From Pseudobdellovibrionaceae bacterium (GTDB lineage Bacteria; Bdellovibrionota; Bdellovibrionia; Bdellovibrionales; Bdellovibrionaceae), in assembly GCA_039810425.1 (NCBI GenBank), contig JBDHWW010000002.1, forward strand, positions 80,516 to 144,515: a DNA stretch of 64,000 nt, given 5' to 3'. Shown piece after piece: positions 18,239-28,940 of this stretch (the first letter of the stretch is position 1; each line of letters opens with the position of its first letter). Under the pieces are notes generated by a model that saw nothing but the letters and a program-made list of their open reading frames with translations, was not told where the DNA came from and did no database searches. A program made the translations under genes and the position numbers.

Positions 18239-19234
18239 TTATTTTCCTAGCCTTTGCTCCGACGTTTGAGGTGTCACATCAATGGTGATTGTTGGATCGC
18301 TGATGTTAGGTCGGGCGAATACCACCTGAACGATGCGATCGCCAATGAGAACCGGAGAACCAAAGCTCGCTCCATTCCAAGTACTATAGTAAAAGTCGCC
18401 CGCATGGTTTCCGTAGGCCACTACCGGATTTGCTTTTATCTCATACTTTATCAATCGCACGGTTCGCACCAAGAGTGGCGGGATACCGCCACTAGCTGGT
18501 GGAATGGTTTTCAAATAGTCATCAAAATCTAAGATACTAACTGCGTTGTTTTGAGCATTTTTAAAAGAAACCACGCCACCAAAATTCTCTGTATTGCAGG
18601 GTGTTCCAGGGACATTTGTACAGCGGATAAAGTAACTGGTTGAATTCGGCATGGTGCTCGTCGAAGCTCCAATATTTCTCATCGTCGAGGGCACATAAAC
18701 TTCGAGAACCTGGGTCGCCTTCATTAGGAAGTTTGGGTTCAAAGCACTGACAAATTGCCTAAAGAGACTCCAGTCCAACAGGGAGGTCGCCGGCGTGGAA
18801 GCCAAGGAAAGGTTGTAGAATTTCGCCGGGTCCATAAGTAGAACTTCGGGGTATCCACTACTAACTTGCGCGGTGAATGATTCGCTTAAAAGCGCAAGAA
18901 AACTAGTGCTTCCGCCAGTTAAGTTCAGCGTGATTTTCCGAGTCATGCCCGGAGTACTTGTCGTCACCGCCAGATCGCGGTTTAAATCATAGAAATTTTG
19001 ACTGTTATCGTCGGGTTGAAGCACATTATTGAAAGATGGCGCTGCATTTTTCAAGTGCATCCAAACATATCTTTCAGCAAGTGCCTGTGTAGTGTGAGAG
19101 TCGCTCTTAACACGAACTCGATTTTCCATAATACGCATGTATTGGACTATGTCCATAAGCGCGAGCAACACCATGCCGGCAAGGGCGATGGCGACACACA
19201 ACTCTGTGATGGTGAAACCCCGACTGTCTCTCAT
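18239..19234 (-). CDS. Type IV prepilin-like (PilW/PulJ-like) protein
   Basis: Class III signal MRDSRG|FTITELCVAIAL. Confidence 0.8.
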   Translation of the reverse strand: MRDSRGFTITELCVAIALAGMVLLALMDIVQYMRIMENRVRVKSDSHTTQALAERYVWMHLKNAAPSFNNVLQPDDNSQNFYDLNRDLAVTTSTPGMTRKITLNLTGGSTSFLALLSESFTAQVSSGYPEVLLMDPAKFYNLSLASTPATSLLDWSLFRQFVSALNPNFLMKATQVLEVYVPSTMRNIGASTSTMPNSTSYFIRCTNVPGTPCNTENFGGVVSFKNAQNNAVSILDFDDYLKTIPPASGGIPPLLVRTVRLIKYEIKANPVVAYGNHAGDFYYSTWNGASFGSPVLIGDRIVQVVFARPNISDPTITIDVTPQTSEQRLGK

Positions 19235-19240
19235 ACCTAC

Positions 19241-19777
19241 CTAGTTTGTATTAATCAAAAAGTAGTAAAAATTATCCTGCAACTCTGTTGCCGTTGCACT
19301 CAGATCTTTCTGAATATGGGCGACACGAATCGTTCCTTCAAACATCCCACTCACGTTTGTCGAGGGTAAAATTGTATATGAAATTAAACCGTCGCAATAC
19401 GAATCCGTGGGTAAATTGGATCCATTAGGCGTCGCTGTTAATGTCGGATTATTTGGATCACATTTTGGAGGGTTACCATTACTACCGACATACATAACAG
19501 CTCCAGCGTAACCGTAAGAGAAACTTGACAAGAAACTTTGGCTGGTCCCCGCATTAATAGTAAAGTTTTTCTGATAAACTGCAGGTTCACCTTTAATCGT
19601 TTCAATAATTTGAGAAACGACTTGATATTCAGATGTCGCTCTCACTGTATTACTGTCTGTTTTAAAAAGCTGAAGACTTCCATCCACAATCATATAGAAC
19701 ACTGCCACCAGCAAAACCATCGCTAACAAGCTTTCAATAATAGTCTGACCATGGTTGTTTCTGATGAAATTTCTCAC
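19241..19777 (-). CDS. Type IV prepilin-like (PilV-like) protein
   Basis: NNHG|QTIIESLLAMVLL with Glu at +5. Confidence 0.75.
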   Translation of the reverse strand: MRNFIRNNHGQTIIESLLAMVLLVAVFYMIVDGSLQLFKTDSNTVRATSEYQVVSQIIETIKGEPAVYQKNFTINAGTSQSFLSSFSYGYAGAVMYVGSNGNPPKCDPNNPTLTATPNGSNLPTDSYCDGLISYTILPSTNVSGMFEGTIRVAHIQKDLSATATELQDNFYYFLINTN

Positions 19778-22530
19778 TGTAACTCGCTTGTTCGACTGAT
19801 TTCATTCACAATGTAGTTCACTGCATGCTTTTGGCATTGCACGTAGGTGTTCCCTGCCACAATACCGCAATCAGGATCCACCGCTGTCCAGGTAAAAGGA
19901 TTCGCACTATCACGCAACGAAATGACATTACATTTCCGGAAACCGTCATATTCAGTATTGGTCAAATTCGGCCACCAAATTGGGAGTGATGGCGGCGTAG
20001 AACACGCATTGCCGTTTTTATCTTTCAAAATACCTTCGGCAATCAAATCATTTGTCGATTGAGAATGATAAATACTTCTAAACGAGATGCCATTCAGAAC
20101 CGCCGATGGATCGATTTCGGCCCTACCTACGATGAAAGTTCCTATCATTTTTAAAGGTGAAGTTCGCGGCTGAATGACCAGCCGATCACAAGTCATAAAA
20201 CCAGCAGCGACCGTCGTTGAACTAGGAACGATGCATTCACTGATAATCGATTTCACATAAAACACACCGTTTTGTATCGTAACAGTATTCCCCGGGCTTA
20301 CCGGAATATTGTCATAGGCCTTGTCCGGTTGCGTGGGCATAGGGTCCGGAGCAAAATGCCAAGAATGGCGCGTTGTCGAGGCAAACGGACTGTTCCAACC
20401 AATAGATTTAAAGGCAATAGCATTTGATCCGCCATTATTCGAAAAGCATTTATTAACCAAACCTTGATAGTCCCAAGCTGGGTTCGGCAAAGTTGCCGTT
20501 GGAATATCAGTCGGAACTAGATTAATCGGGACGGCACCAGGCACGGGAGTGGGGTTTGGGGCAAGAGTCGTCAAACTAGTCACCTGATAAGGGGCTAAGG
20601 GTCCCAATGGTGGCGGCGGATAGTCAACAGGGAGATTTTGCGAAGGACCATCCAGTCTTTGGAAAGCCGCGACCGCGCCATGAGGAGATCCATCAGAATT
20701 GATCCAGCTTAAAGTGTGTGTTGGGCCGGTCGCAGATCCACCCGTGACCTGGAAATGAAGCCAACCTTCCATCGAATGCCCTTCAATGAGCGAAGGATCT
20801 GGGGTCACCAACGGATCTGCAGGATAGCGTCGATCACGGCCCGCAAAAACACCTAAATCAAACGCCTTCATATAAAGAGAAAAGCGCTGAACAGTTTCTG
20901 GAGGATACCGTGTCGCCGGGAGATTAACCCGTAACTCTACCAACTGCTGCTGCATAGCCGGGTTGCCGCCTATGTAAACCGGTAGTAACGCGACTTCAAC
21001 TCTTCCATTCCTGGGTTTACCGTTTATATATGGATGCTTCATGGTTGCCATAGATCCTGGGCGAAGCGTGAATGCGGTGGTGTACGCATTTGTAGTTCCA
21101 GGCGTTGTCGTCTGATAGGTACTCCCGCCCAGTGCGGTACCTGCCGCGGCAGATCCTGAGTCAAATCTAAAAAACATGGTCGCCTGACCATTTAATTTGT
21201 TTCCAATAGTCATTGTGCTTATGTCCGTCAAAAAAGCTCGTCCCATAGCCCCATAGGGGAAGTAAGGCCGCAGCTCTTGAGGTAAAAACATGTTTCCGCG
21301 GGTTAATCCCAATAGAAATCGCAGATGCGGCGTCGACACACCAGGATCTGGGGGAAGCTGTAAAAAGACCAAATCTGAATCGTTAGTGCTTGCCAACCTG
21401 TAAAATACCTTATTAACACCAATGCAATCAGATGCAGCCTGAGCCGCGTTTGCAGGCGGCGGTACCGCATTGTATCCGGCCAGGACATCCAGCCCCAGAT
21501 CCCGAATACCATCAACATCAATACCTTTTTTAAAACCGCCGAAATTTGGTAAAGCCGAATATAAGTAGCCGGACATGTTCCCGTTATTAGGAGCGGTGAA
21601 AGGACTTCCGCTCCTCATAATACGTCCGCCGCTACTGCCGTCGAATCCACCCAAAATCACGCGATTTGTAAACGTCGCTGAAGTGTAGCTGGCGACGGTA
21701 TCAGGAATATGAATATCACCATTAACAAAAACGGGACTCTCAAAAGTGATGCCCGCGCCGCCCGTTCCAGATGGTATTCCAATATCACCGCTATTACCGG
21801 CAAGCCCGGGGACTGTACCATCCAAATATAAGTCCCGTGGGACAATCAAAGAGAAATAGTTTAATTCGCGAGGATTCACCATCAACCTGCTCGTCGCTGA
21901 AATGGCAGAAAGACTTCTGAAAATCACGGACCCCGACATTAATGTCACTTTAACATCCAAAAAAATTTCGCGGCCACGGCGAGGAATATTTATATTGTTC
22001 ACTCTTTTAACTTTAATCCCAATTTGCGTAACCGCGCTGCCGGTCTTATCAAGATTTTTAATAATGTTGAATAACGGATGTGCGCTAGTGATTTGGCTAA
22101 CATTCACTATAGTACTAATCGTTTCAGATACTATTCCTGATGATGTAAAAGTCGCGTCGCCCGCATTCAAATCACGAAGTGCGGTGATCGCGCTACCATC
22201 CAAAGTCAAGCGCTCAAGACTCATGAGATTTTTAATATCGCAACTTGCCAAATCGCGAGTCCAGGTCGAAGTCATGCACCAGCGATTCTTGATGGCATAA
22301 TTAGTATAATCAATCACACCATCCAAGACGGCGGAATACGAAACGATATTACGATTGATAATAGCTTGCCGCTTAGAAATCAGAACCAATTCTATGAGGG
22401 AAAAAAACAAGGCGGCTGCAATCGGGGCAGCGATCATTACTAAAAGGAGTACGGAGCCTTTGTTGTTCCGGCCAAGGCGGAGCCAACGACGGCGAGTCAC
22501 TTTCACCATAGGGTCGTTTAATCGAGACAC
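19774..22530 (-). CDS. Large PilX/GspK-like minor pilin (918 aa)
   Basis: NNKG|SVLLLVMIAA lacking E+5; large Cys-containing extracytoplasmic region; GTG start with SD GAAGG. Confidence 0.65.
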   Translation of the reverse strand: MSRLNDPMVKVTRRRWLRLGRNNKGSVLLLVMIAAPIAAALFFSLIELVLISKRQAIINRNIVSYSAVLDGVIDYTNYAIKNRWCMTSTWTRDLASCDIKNLMSLERLTLDGSAITALRDLNAGDATFTSSGIVSETISTIVNVSQITSAHPLFNIIKNLDKTGSAVTQIGIKVKRVNNINIPRRGREIFLDVKVTLMSGSVIFRSLSAISATSRLMVNPRELNYFSLIVPRDLYLDGTVPGLAGNSGDIGIPSGTGGAGITFESPVFVNGDIHIPDTVASYTSATFTNRVILGGFDGSSGGRIMRSGSPFTAPNNGNMSGYLYSALPNFGGFKKGIDVDGIRDLGLDVLAGYNAVPPPANAAQAASDCIGVNKVFYRLASTNDSDLVFLQLPPDPGVSTPHLRFLLGLTRGNMFLPQELRPYFPYGAMGRAFLTDISTMTIGNKLNGQATMFFRFDSGSAAAGTALGGSTYQTTTPGTTNAYTTAFTLRPGSMATMKHPYINGKPRNGRVEVALLPVYIGGNPAMQQQLVELRVNLPATRYPPETVQRFSLYMKAFDLGVFAGRDRRYPADPLVTPDPSLIEGHSMEGWLHFQVTGGSATGPTHTLSWINSDGSPHGAVAAFQRLDGPSQNLPVDYPPPPLGPLAPYQVTSLTTLAPNPTPVPGAVPINLVPTDIPTATLPNPAWDYQGLVNKCFSNNGGSNAIAFKSIGWNSPFASTTRHSWHFAPDPMPTQPDKAYDNIPVSPGNTVTIQNGVFYVKSIISECIVPSSTTVAAGFMTCDRLVIQPRTSPLKMIGTFIVGRAEIDPSAVLNGISFRSIYHSQSTNDLIAEGILKDKNGNACSTPPSLPIWWPNLTNTEYDGFRKCNVISLRDSANPFTWTAVDPDCGIVAGNTYVQCQKHAVNYIVNEISRTSELQ

Positions 22531-22593
22531 GTGAGCCTTCCCCAGCAGCGCCCCTAATAACTAGCACAAGAATGACAGCAATTGACATGCTTT

Positions 22594-22609
22594 AGAAACG
22601 TACGGGCCG
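22594..22609 (-). promoter_or_regulatory. Possible sigma54 promoter of the pilin-like operon
   Basis: CGGCCCGTACGTTTCT (GG-N10-TC variant). Confidence 0.35.
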
Positions 22610-22825
22610 CTGATTTTTCAATGCATTTCTCAACTTAATTTTAATTATATTGTAAGTGGGCACTAATGTGTCAAATCACGCCCGGTATTTCCCGTTTTGG
22701 TATGGACCTAGTGCCAGTGCTCGCAAATAAATGCGTGTAAAGTGGAGAGCACCTCCCAAAAGCAATCCCCGTGAAGATCTATAGATAAAAAAACCAATTT
22801 TTTCGAACAGTCTCAAAATGAATTT

Positions 22826-23458
22826 CTAAAGCCTGCGCAACAACTCTTCGCGCTTCTGATTGTACTCCGCCTCTGTAAGAATGCCTTTTTGGAACAACTC
22901 ATAAAGCCCGGCCAGATCCGCCGCTGTAGGAGCGGTTTTGAAGTCTAGCTTTGAAACTGGAGCGCCCTCAGGGCCGCTGCCCGCGCGGTTTTCAGGAATT
23001 TTATCAGTCATGCCCAGCACAGCCAAAACTTGGTGATACCAAGCCTCAAAGAAATTTACGTTCTTCACTTCGCCACGAACAACGAGGGTTTCCGCAGCCA
23101 AATCGTGCAGTGTTTGCTTTTTCTCGGTGAAAAGCATCATCAAAAAGCCAAAGCACAAAAGCACACCACTCACAATGCGAACCAAATAACGAATGAACGC
23201 CTTTTTGAAAGTGATACGCCCGCCACTCATGCTCACCACGCGCATATCAAGCAACGCCTTGCCCGGAGTTGCTTGCAATTCTGAAGCTTCAAAAAACGGG
23301 GTGTATAATAACGCCAGTAAGATATCCAAGCCGACGGAATACAAACCGATCACTTTAAAAAGCAAGCTTGCGATGACGATAAGAAAACCATCAACAATGA
23401 CGGCGCCGAAACGTCTCCAGAAGCCACCATACTCCGTAGTTGCGATTGCGTAATTCAT
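22826..23458 (-). CDS. RDD family membrane protein with C-terminal SHOCT domain
   Basis: YGGFWRRFGAVIVD, ATPGK, KQTLHDLAAET; LYELFQKGILTEAEYNQKREELL. Confidence 0.88.
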   Translation of the reverse strand: MNYAIATTEYGGFWRRFGAVIVDGFLIVIASLLFKVIGLYSVGLDILLALLYTPFFEASELQATPGKALLDMRVVSMSGGRITFKKAFIRYLVRIVSGVLLCFGFLMMLFTEKKQTLHDLAAETLVVRGEVKNVNFFEAWYHQVLAVLGMTDKIPENRAGSGPEGAPVSKLDFKTAPTAADLAGLYELFQKGILTEAEYNQKREELLRRL

Positions 23459-23497
23459 AAGCTCTCCTCATGTGCGAATCCATTTAAATCAAAATTC

Positions 23498-24325
<828 letters not shown>

Positions 24326-24381
24326 TTATTGTCTAAAACAGTCACTATAGTGACGAAGTGACATCTGGAGTGGATCTACAA

Positions 24382-25308
24382 ATGGATATGATCAAAAACC
24401 GCCTTGATAAAAACCACCGCAAACTTAAAGCTTGGGCAAACCGCCACCATATTGAGGCCTACCGCCTGTATGATCGCGATATTCCTGAATATCCCTACAT
24501 CGTCGATGTCTACAAAGACCATTTCGTTGTTTACGATAAAACGGATTCAGTAGTCGATGCGGCTAAGAACTTTTTGCCGCACGTGCTTGAGGCCCTCAAG
24601 GTTTTGTTTAAAACCCCTGACGAAAAAATCGTCGTTAAGCGCCGAGCCCGCCAAGAAGGCCTTCAGCAATATGAAAAACTCGGTCGCCGCGAGGAGACCT
24701 TTTCTGTCCGCGAAAGCCAGGCACAGCTTTACGTGAACCTTCACGACTATCTCGATACCGGGCTTTTTTTGGATCACCGACCGATGCGCCAGGTGGTTTT
24801 TAAATCTGTTCGCGATAAAGATTTCTTGAATCTGTTCTGTTACACGGGCGCGGTCAGCGTCTTTGCCGCGCTGGGCGGAGCTCACAGCACTACCAGCGTC
24901 GATATGTCACAGACTTATCTCAACTGGGCCAAGGAGAACTTCCAGCTCAATCAGATCCCAGCGGGACACCATGAATTTGTAAACATGAATGCTTTAGAGT
25001 TTTTGCACAAAATGCAGGGTCAACAACATTTTGACCTGATCTTCCTCGACCCTCCGACTTTTTCAAACTCCAAAAAGATGGAGGACGCTTTTGAGGTCGA
25101 AAAAGACCAGGATTTCCTCGTTGAAAAGGCCATGAGCATGCTTCGCCCCGGGGGAGTTTTGTATTTTTCTAACAATAAAAGAAAGTTCAAATTGTCGGAA
25201 AATATCCAGCAAAAATATCAAATCAAAGACCTCACACAAGAGTCTATTCCACAGGATTTTCATGACCAAAAAATCCACCACTGTTTTGAAATAAAAAATA
25301 AATTCTAA
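24382..25308 (+). CDS. 23S rRNA methyltransferase, RlmK-like (C-terminal half of RlmKL)
   Basis: [40 protein letters not shown]. Confidence 0.88.
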   Translation: MDMIKNRLDKNHRKLKAWANRHHIEAYRLYDRDIPEYPYIVDVYKDHFVVYDKTDSVVDAAKNFLPHVLEALKVLFKTPDEKIVVKRRARQEGLQQYEKLGRREETFSVRESQAQLYVNLHDYLDTGLFLDHRPMRQVVFKSVRDKDFLNLFCYTGAVSVFAALGGAHSTTSVDMSQTYLNWAKENFQLNQIPAGHHEFVNMNALEFLHKMQGQQHFDLIFLDPPTFSNSKKMEDAFEVEKDQDFLVEKAMSMLRPGGVLYFSNNKRKFKLSENIQQKYQIKDLTQESIPQDFHDQKIHHCFEIKNKF

Positions 25309-25370
25309 AGACAGACTTTGGGGCAAATAATGATTTACTTTGGGAAAAAAAGCCCTTAATTAACCCCTCT

Positions 25371-26651
25371 ATGAAGTCATTAGGCCGCCATATTTTAGTT
25401 GAATTTAGCAACTGTAACGCTCAAGTTTTGAACGATGCCCAAATCGTGGAAGAAGCTATGATTAGTGCCGCGAAAACCGCGGGTGCCACAGTGATCAATT
25501 CCACCTTCCATCACTTTTCTCCGTGGGGTATTTCTGGAGTGGTTGTGATCCAGGAAAGCCATTTGGCGATCCACACATGGCCTGAATACAAATACGCGGC
25601 CGTTGACCTCTTCACATGTGGCGAGAGCGTCGACCCTTGGGTGTGCTTTGAGCACTTAAAGCAAGTCTTTCAGGCGAATTACTCAGCAATGGAACTCAAC
25701 CGCGGTTCTTTGCACTTGATCAAAAAGTCCGAATTTGTGCCTCAAGCAACTCGCCACGAGCCAAGCCCGATCCACGATCCACACGTTGAGCGTAGCGTTT
25801 GGTTCACCGACAAAGATGAGAACCAGGCCCTTTCACTCCGCTATAACGGCGAGGTTCTGTTCAACGAGGTTTCTCCGTTTCAGCAGGTGCGCGTTTTCAA
25901 AACTCACGCTTACGGTAAGATGCTGGCGATCAACAACATGATCATGTGCACTGAGCGCGATGAGTATCACTATCACGAAATGATCACTCACCCGATCATG
26001 CAAATGCATGGCAACGCGAAGAACATCCTGGTGATCGGCGGCGGTGATGGCGGGACAATCCGCGAACTTTTCAAATACGACGTTGAGAAAGTCACGATGG
26101 TCGAAATCGATGACGCAGTTATCCGCGCCTCGAAACAGCATCTGCCAACCGTGGCGTCTGAGTTCAATAATCCAAAACTGGATCTCATTGTCGGTGACGG
26201 CATCCAGTTCGTGAAGAGCGCTGCTCCAAATAGTTTTGATGTGATCGTCGTCGACGGTTCAGACCCGGTAGGTCCAGCTAAAGGTCTTTTCACGGCAGAA
26301 TTCTACGGCAATTGCCGTAACGCGCTTAAAGAGGGCGGTGCTTTGATCACTCAGGGCGAATCACCAATGTTCCACGAAGAGACCTTCATGGAGCTCAATA
26401 AGTGCTTAAAAGACATCTTCGGCAAAGAGCAAACGCATACGATGCTCTTCCATGCGACAACTTACCCATCCGGCATGTGGAGTCTTCAAATGGGTGTTAA
26501 AGGACACACTCACCCTGTGAGGAACTTTAACGCCGATAGAGCGCGTCAGTTCGCGTCGGCAAAGAAATTGAAATACTACAATCACGAATTGCATACAGCG
26601 GCATTCAGTCTCCCTACCTTTGTCAGAAATATGTTGGGAGAGAGCGTTTAA
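25371..26651 (+). CDS. speE: S-adenosylmethionine decarboxylase / spermidine synthase fusion (SpeD-SpeE)
   Basis: [42 protein letters not shown]. Confidence 0.92.
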   Translation: MKSLGRHILVEFSNCNAQVLNDAQIVEEAMISAAKTAGATVINSTFHHFSPWGISGVVVIQESHLAIHTWPEYKYAAVDLFTCGESVDPWVCFEHLKQVFQANYSAMELNRGSLHLIKKSEFVPQATRHEPSPIHDPHVERSVWFTDKDENQALSLRYNGEVLFNEVSPFQQVRVFKTHAYGKMLAINNMIMCTERDEYHYHEMITHPIMQMHGNAKNILVIGGGDGGTIRELFKYDVEKVTMVEIDDAVIRASKQHLPTVASEFNNPKLDLIVGDGIQFVKSAAPNSFDVIVVDGSDPVGPAKGLFTAEFYGNCRNALKEGGALITQGESPMFHEETFMELNKCLKDIFGKEQTHTMLFHATTYPSGMWSLQMGVKGHTHPVRNFNADRARQFASAKKLKYYNHELHTAAFSLPTFVRNMLGESV

Positions 26652-26654
26652 ATT

Positions 26655-26672
26655 GGACCTCGAAAGGGGTCC
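26655..26672 (+). terminator. Hairpin after speDE
   Basis: GGACCTC-GAAA-GGGGTCC, no U tract. Confidence 0.4.
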
Positions 26673-26745
26673 TGGCTATAGTGTCCTCTTGGAAATCAAT
26701 TGAGAAATAGTGAACTCAATTTTATCTCACTTCAAGGAGACATCT

Positions 26746-27366
26746 ATGTTTAAACTACCTACACTTCCCTACGCTAAAACGGCTCTCGCCCCTTTCTTGT
26801 CAGAAGAGCAAATGACTTATCACTACGATAAGCATCACAAAGCTTACATCGACAATTTGAACAAATTCATGGAAACAGACGCCTCTCTCAAAGGAAAATC
26901 TTTGGAAGAAATCGTTTTGTCCTCGACGGGCGGCGTATTCAACAATGCCGCTCAGGCGTACAACCACACATTCTTCTGGTTCAATATGCAACCAAACTCG
27001 ACAATGAAGCCTTCTGCAAATTTACTGGCGGCGGTCACTCGTGACTTCGGCGGCTTGGATCAACTCAAAGAAAAGTTTGTTGATGGCGGCGTGAAGACTT
27101 TCGGCTCTGGCTGGATCTGGCTGTGCGCTGACAACTCTGGCAAATTGAGCCTTGTTTCTACTTCAAATGCACAAGTGCCCTTTACCAACAACGGCCCGCG
27201 TCCATTGATGGTGGCCGATGTTTGGGAGCATGCTTACTATATTGATTACCGAAACTTGCGCGCTAAGTTCCTTGAGACATTCTGGAACAACGTAAACTGG
27301 GACTTCGTATCTCAAAACTTTGACTCTCAAAAAGTTCGCGAATTAACGACTTCCATGAAGGCGTAG
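26746..27366 (+). CDS. sodB: Superoxide dismutase (Fe/Mn family, Fe-type residues)
   Basis: HYDKHHKAY, NNAAQAYNHTFFW, DVWEHAYY; SD AAGGAG. Confidence 0.93.
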   Translation: MFKLPTLPYAKTALAPFLSEEQMTYHYDKHHKAYIDNLNKFMETDASLKGKSLEEIVLSSTGGVFNNAAQAYNHTFFWFNMQPNSTMKPSANLLAAVTRDFGGLDQLKEKFVDGGVKTFGSGWIWLCADNSGKLSLVSTSNAQVPFTNNGPRPLMVADVWEHAYYIDYRNLRAKFLETFWNNVNWDFVSQNFDSQKVRELTTSMKA

Positions 27367-27403
27367 TTTTGCTATACTGATTCCACGCTGATGAAAAGGC
27401 GGA

Positions 27404-27438
27404 CAAGAACCCTCACTAAGCCTTAGTGGGGGTTCTTG
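27404..27438 (+). terminator. Terminator hairpin after sod
   Basis: CAAGAACCCTCACTAAG/CTTAGTGGGGGTTCTTG followed by CATTTT. Confidence 0.65.
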
Positions 27439-27459
27439 CATTTTGCGGTCTGCAAAAGA

Positions 27460-27488
27460 GAACGGGGAGCCTTTTCGGCTCCCCGTTC
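27460..27488 (-). terminator. Terminator after hpf
   Basis: GAACGGGGAGCC-TTTTC-GGCTCCCCGTTC with T-rich tail on minus strand. Confidence 0.7.
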
Positions 27489-27524
27489 AGCAGGGTAGAA
27501 TAAATCACACTTCATAATTTCTAA

Positions 27525-27890
27525 TCACGCGACGAGATCACGCAGTTCGCGTGTGTGCTCATGTCGGCGATGTTGTGCTTTTTTAGCAGAACGTCGACTC
27601 AAAACAGTCTTGAGGGCCGCTGAGGCCTCACTCACAGCGGTATAAACATCCTCTGCATGCTTTGAGATTTTGATGAGTTGTTTAGATCGTGTCGGTTTTA
27701 AGATAATTTCGCAATGGAACGAAGGCTTTCTGGTTTGACTGCGGCGACGGTCTAATTCAATTCGGACCGTCGCTGTTGTATTTGGTTGATATTTCAGGAA
27801 GTTTTCAATACTGGCCCCTACTTTTTCCTCTAAATAAGTCTCGAGGGCTTCGGATCGGTCCAGGTCTCGGAAGAGTGTCTGTATTCTCAT
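27525..27890 (-). CDS. HPF/RaiA family ribosome-associated protein
   Basis: FRDLDRSEALETYLEEKV...EDVYTAVSEA. Confidence 0.75.
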   Translation of the reverse strand: MRIQTLFRDLDRSEALETYLEEKVGASIENFLKYQPNTTATVRIELDRRRSQTRKPSFHCEIILKPTRSKQLIKISKHAEDVYTAVSEASAALKTVLSRRSAKKAQHRRHEHTRELRDLVA

Positions 27891-27982
27891 AACGTTCTCC
27901 TATCTTGTTCCTGAGATAAGTATCGTTGATTTGAGACATTAGTTAAAATATATAATATCTAACTAATAGTTAGGATTTATAT

Positions 27983-28903
27983 ATGTTTAACTACAATCAC
28001 CTTTACTACTTCTATGTGACGGCTCGTCTGGATGGTGTTAGCAACGCCTCAAAACACCTCGCAATCAGCCAACCTTCACTGAGCGCGCAAATTAAAACCT
28101 TTGAAAACAGCATCAACCGCAAACTCTTCGAGAAAAATGGAAGAAAAATGCAACTCACCAGAGACGGTGAACAAGTTTATACTTACTGCCGGCAAATTTT
28201 TGAAATCGCAGATCACCTGGCGAACCATCTAAAAAGTCCCGAGCAGCTTGAAAAACGCCGGATTCACATTGGTGTCAGCGATCAGGTTGAGCGCCCCTTT
28301 GTTGCAGATTTGCTAGGAGACATCCTCCAGCAAGGCAAGGACCATATTAACTGTATTCTTAATATCAGCTCTGCCAGCGAGCCCGAACTCTTAATAAAAC
28401 TGAAGTCTCATAAGATTGATCTTTTTCTGACAAACAATCCGGTGCAGAATGAAAACCTGCACGAGGTGGTGTCCGTGCGCATGCCGGTCGCCTTGGTGAT
28501 CTCTAAAGACTTGCTCCGTAAGAACGGCTATCGCAAAATTCCAAAATTCAGCGAACTTTTTAAAAATGATAAAGTGGGTTTACTCCTCCCCGCGCCGGAT
28601 CTTCGCCTGCGCCAGGAAGCAGATATTTTTCTGCGGCAGAAAAACCTCAAAAAGCCGATTCTGATGGAAAGCGATATCGTTTCCGTCGTCGTCCGCGCCG
28701 TGGTGGATAGCGGTGGATGCGCATTCCTGCCGATTCCTTATTTTGCAAGTGAATTAAAGATGGGTCTCGTGAAGATCATTGGGCCGTCAGAGGGGCTTTG
28801 GAAACATAACTTGAGCTTGATCTCCAGAAAGCAGATCAAGTACGATCCGCTTTTTGAAGAGATTAAGAATAATCTCCTGGACCTCAATCGGCCGGTGGTC
28901 TAG
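27983..28903 (+). CDS. LysR family regulator (NhaR-like)
   Basis: FNYNHLYYFY, ISQPSLSAQIK HTH. Confidence 0.9.
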   Translation: MFNYNHLYYFYVTARLDGVSNASKHLAISQPSLSAQIKTFENSINRKLFEKNGRKMQLTRDGEQVYTYCRQIFEIADHLANHLKSPEQLEKRRIHIGVSDQVERPFVADLLGDILQQGKDHINCILNISSASEPELLIKLKSHKIDLFLTNNPVQNENLHEVVSVRMPVALVISKDLLRKNGYRKIPKFSELFKNDKVGLLLPAPDLRLRQEADIFLRQKNLKKPILMESDIVSVVVRAVVDSGGCAFLPIPYFASELKMGLVKIIGPSEGLWKHNLSLISRKQIKYDPLFEEIKNNLLDLNRPVV

Positions 28904-28940
28904 CGCAGCCGACAAGCGTAAGCCCGTATCAAATAGCGCA

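Noticed and set aside
22373..22588. 71-aa ORF as a small pilin or peptide
   Set aside because: Overlaps the PilX-like gene out of frame; no class III signal or SD
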